From the IMG/VR virus record IMGVR_UViG_3300010213_000001, positions 116,701 through 180,700 of that record: a DNA stretch of 64,000 nucleotides; one strand, 5' to 3'. The translations under genes and the position numbers were made by a program. The DNA comes from a virus. Its lineage: Duplodnaviria > Heunggongvirae > Uroviricota > Caudoviricetes. Positions within the stretch are counted from its first letter, which is position 1. The number at the start of each line of letters is the position of its first letter. Below, piece after piece: positions 9,772 through 18,347 of the stretch. The notes beneath the pieces are model-generated. The model saw nothing but the letters and a program-made list of their open reading frames with translations. It was not told the origin of the DNA and did not search any database.

Positions 9772-10293
9772 TTATTGTTTATATGTTCCACTTACTTCTC
9801 TCTCATCTCTGTTATTTTGTCTTGCTTGCATCCAATGTAATGCTTCTTCTAATTTAGTTATAGATAAGCTAGTTTCTCTAGAAGGAACTAGTTTGTTCTT
9901 ATACTGTAGATCATGTATCATCATACCTAATAGCTGCTCATGTACAATACCGTCTACATTTGGAATTTGATCATCTTTATCTTTACTACCTCTAACAAAT
10001 GTGATTTGAGAACATTCATATTGAGGGCTATTAATAACACTATATGAATAACTTAATTCTTTATCTCCAAAGTTAGATTCAGTTGATTTAAGCTGTTTAA
10101 CTATATCTACTAACTCGTCATGATCATCTGAATAATGAAATCCTATTTCAATAACATCAGATCTTAATCCTTGAACAAGATATTTACCTAGACAATATTT
10201 TTTAAGTACATTAATGCCATCTTCCGATATAGAAAAATGCGGCAAATTATAAGTTGTACCTTCTTCTATAACTGTAAATTGTTTATTTTTCAT
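9772..10293 (-). CDS. tad1: Tad1-like anti-Thoeris nucleotide sponge with an internal insertion
   Basis: ITFVRG...G..LL...L...SRETSLSITKLEEALHWMQARQNNRDEREVSGT matches the Tad1 pattern RE...EEAL.WM..R...R..R.V.GT as I recall it. Confidence 0.75.
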   Translation of the reverse strand: MKNKQFTVIEEGTTYNLPHFSISEDGINVLKKYCLGKYLVQGLRSDVIEIGFHYSDDHDELVDIVKQLKSTESNFGDKELSYSYSVINSPQYECSQITFVRGSKDKDDQIPNVDGIVHEQLLGMMIHDLQYKNKLVPSRETSLSITKLEEALHWMQARQNNRDEREVSGTYKQ

Positions 10294-10307
10294 ATTATTT
10301 TAGTTAA

Positions 10308-10673
10308 TTATTTATTGCACATATATTCTGGGAATCTGACATATTCACCATCTTTTCCCAACAATACTAATGTTATATACGAATCTCCAGCATATTTATT
10401 CTTTGATACAACTACATAGTCCTTAGAGTCTGGTCCAATCACATCATCTCCTTTATTAAATACATATTTAATATTTTTAGAAAATTCTTCAGCATTGTTT
10501 ACATTAAAGAATATACCAAAGTGCTTTTTAGATACATAACTACTTTCTACAAAAATATTAGTTTTTATATCACCTCTCTTCTTTCCTATTGTACTATTGT
10601 TGGTTAATGCTACAGTATAATAAAAATCCCCAGGTTTTAGTATATTACCTTCTTTTGTGATTATTTTGTTCAT
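10308..10673 (-). CDS. hypothetical protein
   Basis: 121 aa ORF. Confidence 0.7.
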   Translation of the reverse strand: MNKIITKEGNILKPGDFYYTVALTNNSTIGKKRGDIKTNIFVESSYVSKKHFGIFFNVNNAEEFSKNIKYVFNKGDDVIGPDSKDYVVVSKNKYAGDSYITLVLLGKDGEYVRFPEYMCNK

Positions 10674-10689
10674 TTAAAATTTGATTAAC

Positions 10690-11250
10690 TTAACTATCGC
10701 CAGGAGCTCTTTTTCCTTTCACTGTTACTTTAAAATTATTGGCTAGATGCTCCAGTTGCCTTAATAATACTTCTTTTTGTTCTAAGTATATATGTTCCCT
10801 TCCCAATAATCTCATTATTTGATAAGCATCATAACTTTCTACTTGTTTCATACTATCCTTTATATTATCTACTAGTCCTTTATGTATAGTATCCTTATTA
10901 AGAAAATACTTATCTCCAAAATCACCTAATAAATAGATAATAGTATCTTGTTCTACATGCTCCTTAAAATAGTGTCTATAATCTGAAGACTGTGTATTAT
11001 ATATGTTGTTCTTTTCTTTAGATATAAGGAAACAGTTAAAATCCATAATGTTAGAGTATAGATGTGTCTCTTTTCTAACCCACTCATTTTCTTCTTTTTT
11101 AAATAAAGATAGATATTGTCTTAAATAACCATCTTCTATTTTATCAAATATTTGAATTCTGTAATCTCCCAGGGAGATGTCTTTTGTTACTGTTACGTTA
11201 TCAAAATCAAAGGCGCAAACTCCATTAATTGTAAATATTGGTATTATCAT
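10690..11250 (-). CDS. hypothetical protein
   Basis: 186 aa ORF. Confidence 0.7.
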   Translation of the reverse strand: MIIPIFTINGVCAFDFDNVTVTKDISLGDYRIQIFDKIEDGYLRQYLSLFKKEENEWVRKETHLYSNIMDFNCFLISKEKNNIYNTQSSDYRHYFKEHVEQDTIIYLLGDFGDKYFLNKDTIHKGLVDNIKDSMKQVESYDAYQIMRLLGREHIYLEQKEVLLRQLEHLANNFKVTVKGKRAPGDS

Positions 11251-11261
11251 AATATCAGGTA

Positions 11262-11798
11262 TTAATACCAGTAAGCATATACTGGCTCTGTTATGTTTAT
11301 TGTATAGTATATAATTTTATATAGTATATGATTATCTACAGATATATTGTCTTCATTGTCATAAACCACTATTTCAGTAGTTTTAGGAATCCAAATAGGG
11401 TTCTTAGTTTCAATAGTCTTATCAATACTATTAATATCAATAATTATATATTTATCTAAGTCGATATTTGGGCGTAGAGTGTAATTATCGACTCTGGAAT
11501 ATAATCCAGCGATATATGGAATACTATTTCCATTCTTATCTTGATCCAGTATTCTACCAAATCTATCTCTGTTACTAAAAGAAAATAATATAGATTCACT
11601 TAGAATCTCTCTAACTCTTTTTGCTAGGAAAAGCAGGTCATCTTTAGAATCTTTGTCTAGTTCTGCTCCAAACTTTACTACTCCACTAGGTAAATCTAAT
11701 ATATTGGATGGAATCTCTGATTCAAATGTAAGTATATTATTATCTGACAAAATGTCTAGTACTTCAGAATAAGTTTTAGGTTGTGTATGTTTAATCAT
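11262..11798 (-). CDS. hypothetical protein
   Basis: 178 aa ORF. Confidence 0.7.
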   Translation of the reverse strand: MIKHTQPKTYSEVLDILSDNNILTFESEIPSNILDLPSGVVKFGAELDKDSKDDLLFLAKRVREILSESILFSFSNRDRFGRILDQDKNGNSIPYIAGLYSRVDNYTLRPNIDLDKYIIIDINSIDKTIETKNPIWIPKTTEIVVYDNEDNISVDNHILYKIIYYTINITEPVYAYWY

Positions 11799-11983
11799 TA
11801 TTTTGCTTTATTATATTTATTTTGTTATATTTATTTTGTTTGCCTTTACAAGCATCTTTCCACCCCTTAACAAATCGATCAATTTGTTAAGGATCCTCTA
11901 ACTTGATTTAACAATTCTTCTGGATTTGCGCTCCCTTTTATAGCTTGTAACGCAAAGTTATATCCTCTAAGGTATTCATTCAT
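11791..11983 (-). pseudogene. frameshifted small gene
   Basis: MNEYLRGYNFA...RGSLTN* (stop at 11879). Removing one T continues the frame as DRFVKGWKDACK...NND*, filling the gap exactly between its neighbours. Confidence 0.55.
11865..11892. repeat. perfect 11-bp inverted repeat (hairpin)
   Basis: CCTTAACAAAT-CGATCA-ATTTGTTAAGG. Confidence 0.85.
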
Positions 11984-12413
11984 TGTTTATTAGATAAGCT
12001 GGCTGGTTTAATATATAACTATACTTTATAATATGATTATCATCATTTGTAATCAAGAATATTCTTAAAGATTTAGGTAAATAGAAAATAAGATGAGAAC
12101 ATCCTAACACATTAGGTAAATCTATTTCTTTTAATCTTAATTCTATATACTGATCCTTAAGATCAGTATTCTCTTCTATATCACCAGCTTTATTAATAAT
12201 ACCATCTATAATTTTAATTTCTGCCATATCCGCTTCCTCACCTAATAGTACTACACCTAATATAAACTTAATAAGTTTTATTTCAGATTTCGCTGGATTG
12301 TGAAATCTAACTTTTCCAATCTCTATATCTTTATCTAATAATTCTTTTTCACTTATTTCATGTATTATACCACTTTCAATTAAGTAATCTATAATGTCTT
12401 TACTATTAATCAT
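11976..12413 (-). CDS. hypothetical protein
   Basis: 145 aa ORF. Confidence 0.7.
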   Translation of the reverse strand: MINSKDIIDYLIESGIIHEISEKELLDKDIEIGKVRFHNPAKSEIKLIKFILGVVLLGEEADMAEIKIIDGIINKAGDIEENTDLKDQYIELRLKEIDLPNVLGCSHLIFYLPKSLRIFLITNDDNHIIKYSYILNQPAYLINNE

Positions 12414-12419
12414 ATTAAT

Positions 12420-12608
12420 TTAGTTTATAGATTTATTTTGATTTTTAGTTTTATATTCAATCTCATAATCAAATTCTAGCTGTTCTCCCTTTCTAGGCAA
12501 TCTTTTAATTTTAGACAAATTATGACAATCTTTAAGCAGTTGCTCAAGACACTCTATAGTTTTACAATCAGAACATTTATCTAAATCTTTTATATTTATT
12601 ATCTTCAT
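12420..12608 (-). CDS. hypothetical protein
   Basis: 62 aa ORF. Confidence 0.55.
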   Translation of the reverse strand: MKIINIKDLDKCSDCKTIECLEQLLKDCHNLSKIKRLPRKGEQLEFDYEIEYKTKNQNKSIN

Positions 12609-12639
12609 ACTAATTTTATACTAATTTTATATTATCTTT

Positions 12640-13200
12640 TTACATTAAATAGGTTAAAGATAGATAATTTATTATTATATGAAATGTATTATCAATTATA
12701 ATTAATAACCAAGTAGATAAAAATGGCGGTGTAGAGGAGTTGAATCCTGTTGGAGTATCATCTACTACCCAATTCTTATATACTTGCTTTTCTTTATCAT
12801 TAAGTATAATACATTTATATAAGTTATTGCCTAAGTCTTTAAGTATGTAGTATACATTTCCTTCATATACAAAGCTATCGTTCTGTATTTCACTTTGATT
12901 ATGTCTCTGTATTTTACAGACTTTATTTCTATGTATATTGTAGAACATTATCCAATATCTAGCTAATCTAAATCTGTCTATAAGAAAGTGAGTAATAAAT
13001 ATTACAAACCAAGCTAGATTAAACCCCTTAGTTAGAAGTAAGAAAGGTAAACTGTATGTTATAGCATGAATAAAAGCCCAAAGATAACTAGAAGTCTTTC
13101 TTTGAGCCATAGTATTATTCTGAATAACGTAATCACCTAATAAATGTAGTATTAATTGTTCTATCATATTAATAAAGTGCTCTTCCTTGATATAAATCAA
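12640..13200 (-). CDS. DUF3307-family membrane protein with a soluble insertion
   Basis: HLLGDYVIQ, HAITYSLPF, THFLIDRF, DNTFH. Confidence 0.8.
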   Translation of the reverse strand: MIYIKEEHFINMIEQLILHLLGDYVIQNNTMAQRKTSSYLWAFIHAITYSLPFLLLTKGFNLAWFVIFITHFLIDRFRLARYWIMFYNIHRNKVCKIQRHNQSEIQNDSFVYEGNVYYILKDLGNNLYKCIILNDKEKQVYKNWVVDDTPTGFNSSTPPFLSTWLLIIIDNTFHIIINYLSLTYLM

Positions 13201-13810
13201 TGTTTATCCCTCCATAGGATTTAAATACCATACTAACAGCTTCCTCTCTTATAAATTGTGCATCTTCAATCATAGATAAGTTTATCTGTCTTAAATCTTC
13301 CATACAAGGTTTAAGTATTAAGTTAAATAATGATTCTTTAAAATATTCAATAATTGTATCAGTATCAAACATACTTAAATGAAGTATCTCATGATTTTGT
13401 CTAGATGTCCCAATATTAGCTCTGTCAGATGCTACAACTGCTAATATAGTATTCCCTTCGTCTACTTTTATTCTATCGTAAGCTTCCTTTATAGTATAAA
13501 CACTTTCTGACAAGACTCCAAATCTAGGATTATTATTTATAAACTCTTTTATTTCATCATCTGAGTTTTTATAAGTGTTATTTTTCAATTCGTTTGTGTG
13601 TACAAACTCAACTCCACCACTTATCTTCTTATTAGTTAAATTTCCTATTAATTTATTAAGTTGATCCTTCTTTGATTGGGGTCTTCTTCTCCAGTTAAAC
13701 TTATCTAGAAATATTTCTTGTTGTTTATCTAATTTACTTAAGTATTCTATTAAATCATTAATTGTTACTTTAGATTCTTCCATATTTATTTTATATTTTA
13801 TTTTGTTCAA
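13169..13810 (-). CDS. hypothetical protein
   Basis: 213 aa ORF; true start probably MEESK. Confidence 0.7.
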   Translation of the reverse strand: MNKIKYKINMEESKVTINDLIEYLSKLDKQQEIFLDKFNWRRRPQSKKDQLNKLIGNLTNKKISGGVEFVHTNELKNNTYKNSDDEIKEFINNNPRFGVLSESVYTIKEAYDRIKVDEGNTILAVVASDRANIGTSRQNHEILHLSMFDTDTIIEYFKESLFNLILKPCMEDLRQINLSMIEDAQFIREEAVSMVFKSYGGINIDLYQGRALY

Positions 13811-14270
13811 AATCTTCTCTTATTGCCTCTAAAGACATAGATACTAAACCTTCAAATATATTTGTAAGGTCTTTTGGGGCATAGTACACTTGTAATAAAG
13901 CTCCAAACTTATCTTTATATTTTGTAAGACTATCATTAACTTCTTCTAGAAAGTCTTCTAAACGTCCAAACTCAACATTAACCATAAGTTTATCTCCATA
14001 CTTTCCTACAGAGAATGTCAATTCCTTAGTTGTATTATCGTAAGAGGTGCTAGGCATGTAATCTCCAATATCCTCTATTTCATGATATTCTTCTCCAGTA
14101 TCTGTTATTAAGATAACATATGTTTGGTCTCTCTCATTCTTAGCTAATACCCCAACATTATCTTTATATGTTTCTACTGCTTGAATAGTTAATTGATTAG
14201 TAGTTGGATTACCAACTTTATATAAGTTTAAGTTAGTAAGTACTTGACCTATTTTATAGGTATTTTTCAT
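13791..14270 (-). CDS. hypothetical protein
   Basis: 159 aa ORF. Confidence 0.7.
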   Translation of the reverse strand: MKNTYKIGQVLTNLNLYKVGNPTTNQLTIQAVETYKDNVGVLAKNERDQTYVILITDTGEEYHEIEDIGDYMPSTSYDNTTKELTFSVGKYGDKLMVNVEFGRLEDFLEEVNDSLTKYKDKFGALLQVYYAPKDLTNIFEGLVSMSLEAIREDFEQNKI

Positions 14271-14273
14271 AGT

Positions 14274-15080
14274 TTATTCATTTATAAGTTCATACAATTT
14301 ATAGTTCATATACGCATCGTATAATGGTATAGATTTATTATCATCTTCAATATTCTCAGTGTTTATATCTTCTTTACTAATATTAATATCTTTATATTTC
14401 ATTAATGTATTTATGTCATAAAAACTTTCTCTTGTGATATTCATAGGTAAAGTTGAGTCTTTATCAATATTTGACTCATTGTTATACAACTTTAACATAT
14501 CCATGAATAGATGTTTATTTAAATGATTAATGTCCGACCATATTTCTACATTCTCAAACTTAGATATCCAACTTTTAAAGTTGTGCGCCACCATATATAC
14601 AGGTCCTTCATATATAGATAAGTTCTTATATAGACTTAAATTAAAATTTAAGTTTTCTTCAGTAGTATTATTAGTTCCTGTATTATTATCGAATTGTCCA
14701 TAAAAACAATCAATTGTATCTATTACATGATAAATTTCCATAGAACTTAAAACTACATGATGTGAATAATCTTGTACTTGACAATTAATTAAATAGTTCC
14801 CTACTGTATAAGTATTTATGAATACATTACAATAATTTCCTGTTCCTACAAATTTCGTTTTGCAAGAATAATATTTACTTAAATAATCATTAACCTCAAC
14901 GTCAGTATTAATATCTTTAACTTCATCAGAATCTAGAGCATGTTTAAGATACTTTATAAAGTTACTAACAGTCACTTGAGTTTTATGTTGAGTAGTAGCT
15001 ACTACTCCAATAGATATTGGCTGAGAAGATTCTAGTTGCTTATCTACATCAAAACTATAGAACACTCTTGTAGTTTTCAT
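14274..15080 (-). CDS. degenerate Rv2179c-like 3'-5' exonuclease paralog, probably inactive
   Basis: FYSFDVD...PISIGVV, FYGQF, WSDINHLN, FYDINTL, SIPLYDA align with the family but lose the catalytic E, D and H positions. Confidence 0.6.
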   Translation of the reverse strand: MKTTRVFYSFDVDKQLESSQPISIGVVATTQHKTQVTVSNFIKYLKHALDSDEVKDINTDVEVNDYLSKYYSCKTKFVGTGNYCNVFINTYTVGNYLINCQVQDYSHHVVLSSMEIYHVIDTIDCFYGQFDNNTGTNNTTEENLNFNLSLYKNLSIYEGPVYMVAHNFKSWISKFENVEIWSDINHLNKHLFMDMLKLYNNESNIDKDSTLPMNITRESFYDINTLMKYKDINISKEDINTENIEDDNKSIPLYDAYMNYKLYELINE

Positions 15081-15082
15081 AA

Positions 15083-15844
15083 TTAGCGTTGTATATTAGT
15101 TGTATAATCATTGTACCTTTTTATAAGATCTGCTATATGTTCAATATCATCATCTTTAAATATGTAGATTACTCTGGTATAGGTAGTTGTTTCTAAATTT
15201 AGAACAGTTCTATAGTCGTATTTGTAATATTTAGAATTACTATTGGGTCTTTTACGATATTGAATACCTTTAAACATTGCAGCATTACTCTCTACATACA
15301 AATCTACATTTGTGCATAATATATATTTACGTCTAATTTGATATTTATTTAGTATCCCTAATTTATCTAGTTGCCTACACAACTCCATAAACTGTTTACT
15401 ACCTCCATTTGTATCGAATCCTATTCTATAGGATAAGCTGTTTTTACCTACAGTAACACTACCAGATTCAAATGTATCTACTATATTCTTCACATCTATA
15501 TTTTCTATATCATATACAACGTAATCCCTGCGATTTTCAGGATTGTTGCCAAATACACACAGTCTCTTTTGAGAAAACTCAAATCTCAAGATTACATCTC
15601 TAGTTTTTATAATAATATTATCTGAACGATCTTTGTATATTGTTACATACTCTGCATCAAGCATAAGTTTCTCAAGTAAATCAAATAGATGCTTATGTCT
15701 TTTAACTAGCTTTTTAGCAGATGACATATACAATCTTATACTATCTGTCTTAACTTTATCTATATCTTCAGCAGTCATTTTGGGGGAAGGTAGAATATTA
15801 CAATCTTGTAAAAAGGATTTTATTTTATATAACATATTTCTCAT
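15083..15844 (-). CDS. hypothetical protein
   Basis: 253 aa ORF. Confidence 0.7.
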   Translation of the reverse strand: MRNMLYKIKSFLQDCNILPSPKMTAEDIDKVKTDSIRLYMSSAKKLVKRHKHLFDLLEKLMLDAEYVTIYKDRSDNIIIKTRDVILRFEFSQKRLCVFGNNPENRRDYVVYDIENIDVKNIVDTFESGSVTVGKNSLSYRIGFDTNGGSKQFMELCRQLDKLGILNKYQIRRKYILCTNVDLYVESNAAMFKGIQYRKRPNSNSKYYKYDYRTVLNLETTTYTRVIYIFKDDDIEHIADLIKRYNDYTTNIQR

Positions 15845-15849
15845 TAGTT

Positions 15850-15871
15850 AATTAAAACAATTAAATACTAC
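15850..15871 (-). promoter_or_regulatory. 22-bp upstream repeat, copy 2 (candidate promoter)
   Basis: GTAGTATTTAATTGTTTTAATT on the minus strand; 21/22 identical to 7578-7599. Confidence 0.45.
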
Positions 15872-15878
15872 AAAACAT

Positions 15879-16904
15879 CTAGCTTCTAGATTTTATTACT
15901 AATTGAGTAACTTTATCCATATCTATACTATCTGGTAAATCTGAGTTATTATACAATAAATCAATTTGATTTAGTTTATCTTCAACATAATTGTTTAATG
16001 ATTCTAAATCAACTAATCCTTGTCTTATTTTTAATAAATACTCTGCATCCCTACCTCTTCTATCTACATAGACTGTCTTATCTGTGAATATTTCTTCACA
16101 ACTGTTAACTAGTCTTACAGCATGATAGAAGAACTTTAGATCTACTATACTACCTGTCTTCTTAATAGCTTGATACCTTTCTGGATTCCTCTTACTTAAC
16201 CAATCTTGATACTGTTTGTACTTTTTACAGTGTGAAGAATATGCGTCTGGATTATACAATAACACCCCAAGTGGCTCATAATCATCAGAATGTTTTGGGA
16301 TAGATATAGTTCTCAAATTATTAGACTTATCTGTGGCTATACTACTACCAAAGTTAGTTTTGTATAATAAATGTCCTTCTTTAGTATTATTTAGTTTGGT
16401 AACAGCAAGCTTATTTATATCTAATTTTCTTTTCTTGCACCAATGCTCAATAAGTTGTGTTCCTTTGTCAGTTACAATATAGCAAAAATCCAATACACTT
16501 TTACGTGGGACCTCGTTTTGCTCCCAATCTAATCTCTTAGTGATATTCTTAGCCTTGTGTAGTTGAGCTTTTACAAATCCAGTGTAGCTATCTCTCAACT
16601 GCTTAGTAATGAATATATCTCTATTCTTAAATAGCTTATCTAAACAAGGATCTTTATGGATTATAAATTTATCTGGAGTATATAATGTTTCTATTTGGAT
16701 GGGAGAACCTTTAGTACACAAATAAATAAACTTGCCTACTTCCATAGAAGTATCATCTTTAGTAGTTTCTATGAAATCTTTATAGTGATTACCTAGATAA
16801 GTATCAACATCATGTTTAAATAGTGAAAAATAGTCAGTATCTGATGTTTCTACTGTAGTACCATATACTTGAGATCCTTTAACAACTTTTAATATTTCTT
16901 TCAT
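15879..16904 (-). CDS. nucleotidyltransferase, Pol-beta superfamily (RlaP/PF10127-like)
   Basis: GSQVYGTTVETSDTDY (GS...DxD), KGSPIQIETLY, YHAVRL, LLKIRQG. Confidence 0.85.
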   Translation of the reverse strand: MKEILKVVKGSQVYGTTVETSDTDYFSLFKHDVDTYLGNHYKDFIETTKDDTSMEVGKFIYLCTKGSPIQIETLYTPDKFIIHKDPCLDKLFKNRDIFITKQLRDSYTGFVKAQLHKAKNITKRLDWEQNEVPRKSVLDFCYIVTDKGTQLIEHWCKKRKLDINKLAVTKLNNTKEGHLLYKTNFGSSIATDKSNNLRTISIPKHSDDYEPLGVLLYNPDAYSSHCKKYKQYQDWLSKRNPERYQAIKKTGSIVDLKFFYHAVRLVNSCEEIFTDKTVYVDRRGRDAEYLLKIRQGLVDLESLNNYVEDKLNQIDLLYNNSDLPDSIDMDKVTQLVIKSRS

Positions 16905-16918
16905 CTTTCTAATTTAAT

Positions 16919-17380
16919 TTAGTTGACAAATTCACTTGTCGTTTTATATACTTTTGATCCTCCTTTCTTACAAAGATCAATAGCTCTTCTAGCTCTAGCT
17001 TTATTATGAACCTCAGTCTTTTCAGCAGGTGTATTAAAAGCAATATCACCGTCGTACCAAATTCCATACCAAGAACCTTCCACTTTAACCTGCGGAATAT
17101 ATTTTACATCTCCATTATATTTAACTACTGTAACTATCATAAAATTAGACTCTTCTAAAACAGAAGGAGTAGATACTATATTTTCTTGATTTTCTATAAC
17201 ATCTTCTTGCTGAGATTCTTCCACAACTACATTAGACGATCTAGAATAAACTTCATTTATAGCAGATTTATATGCTGAACGTTGCTTATACAACAATACA
17301 AACGCAATAATTAACAATAGTATTACACCAATAAATAATATAACTATCACAATCATATAATATTGAGACAAATTTTCCAT
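16919..17380 (-). CDS. membrane-anchored hypothetical protein
   Basis: N-terminal TM helix; YIPQVK..W motif. Confidence 0.7.
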   Translation of the reverse strand: MENLSQYYMIVIVILFIGVILLLIIAFVLLYKQRSAYKSAINEVYSRSSNVVVEESQQEDVIENQENIVSTPSVLEESNFMIVTVVKYNGDVKYIPQVKVEGSWYGIWYDGDIAFNTPAEKTEVHNKARARRAIDLCKKGGSKVYKTTSEFVN

Positions 17381-17692
17381 CTAATTTGAAGGGATTAATA
17401 TAGTGTATTCAGTATTCCAAGATACCTCAGTTACTAAATATCCTATAGTGTTAACAAATCGCATACCACTTACTATATACCATTCTATATCCGAGTCCTC
17501 ATCATCAGCTTCTACTACAGTCCAAATATTGTTATACTTATAAGACTTGACATGCTCCATAGATTCCACATCTAAACTAAACATAGTTCCTCCAAGTGAA
17601 GCAGTCTCACTACCTTCTATCTCATTACTGATAGGTTTGAATTTCTTTATAAATTCTAGATAAGTCATCTTATTTATTATTTCGTAAAGCAC
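17381..17692 (-). CDS. conserved hypothetical phage protein
   Basis: IWTVVEAD...YIVSGMRFVNTIGYLVTEVSW. Confidence 0.7.
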   Translation of the reverse strand: MLYEIINKMTYLEFIKKFKPISNEIEGSETASLGGTMFSLDVESMEHVKSYKYNNIWTVVEADDEDSDIEWYIVSGMRFVNTIGYLVTEVSWNTEYTILIPSN

Positions 17693-17906
17693 AATATTTA
17701 CAATTACCTTTATGAGCTAATCCAGCTGTAGCAAGATCTCCAAACCCATAATCATAAAATACATACTCACAACTATCATACTCTACTATGGACAGTTCTG
17801 AATGTTTAATAGCAGAACCATCAACTTTATTTTTCGTCTCACAACTTACTAAAAACAATATTATAGTTGCAAATGATAATAACATAAATATTTTAGTTTT
17901 CATCAA
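17670..17906 (-). CDS. putative small lipoprotein
   Basis: Lipobox LVS-C; DSCEY...HKGNCKYC. Confidence 0.75.
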   Translation of the reverse strand: MMKTKIFMLLSFATIILFLVSCETKNKVDGSAIKHSELSIVEYDSCEYVFYDYGFGDLATAGLAHKGNCKYCALRNNK

Positions 17907-18345
17907 TTTCTTTGTTTAATTGTTCTTGCAATTCTTTTCTAATTTTCATTATTAATTTACCTAGTTTATTATCTCCAATATTGGTCTTTAGACAAACTCC
18001 CCATATGGTATCATTCCAACGATCTTCTTCTTGAATATCTATATTTCTAGTAGATAAAAGCTTTGTTCTGAATGGTTCCTGGTTAAACTTTTGTCTTAAG
18101 CACTCTTCCATTATATCGTACTTTATAATGTCCCAGTCTTTTACAAGCTTTATACTTTTTGATTTCTTTTTTACTGCGCCTGCAGAGTTATTACTGTCAG
18201 CACAGAATCTTTTCCAACTAATATCATTAGACTTAGCTGACATAAAAGCATGTTCCACAGAAGGGTAAATTATCTTATTTACTTCTATATTAACTGGAGT
18301 AAAGTTGCTTAACCATCTATATTGACCTCTAAATTCTTTTATCAT
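17893..18345 (-). CDS. NADAR (YbiA-like) N-glycosidase
   Basis: WLSNF, YPSVEHAFMSAK, KFNQ, E...WNDTIWG, NKLGKLIMKIR. Confidence 0.9.
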   Translation of the reverse strand: MIKEFRGQYRWLSNFTPVNIEVNKIIYPSVEHAFMSAKSNDISWKRFCADSNNSAGAVKKKSKSIKLVKDWDIIKYDIMEECLRQKFNQEPFRTKLLSTRNIDIQEEDRWNDTIWGVCLKTNIGDNKLGKLIMKIRKELQEQLNKEIDEN

Positions 18346-18347
18346 AA

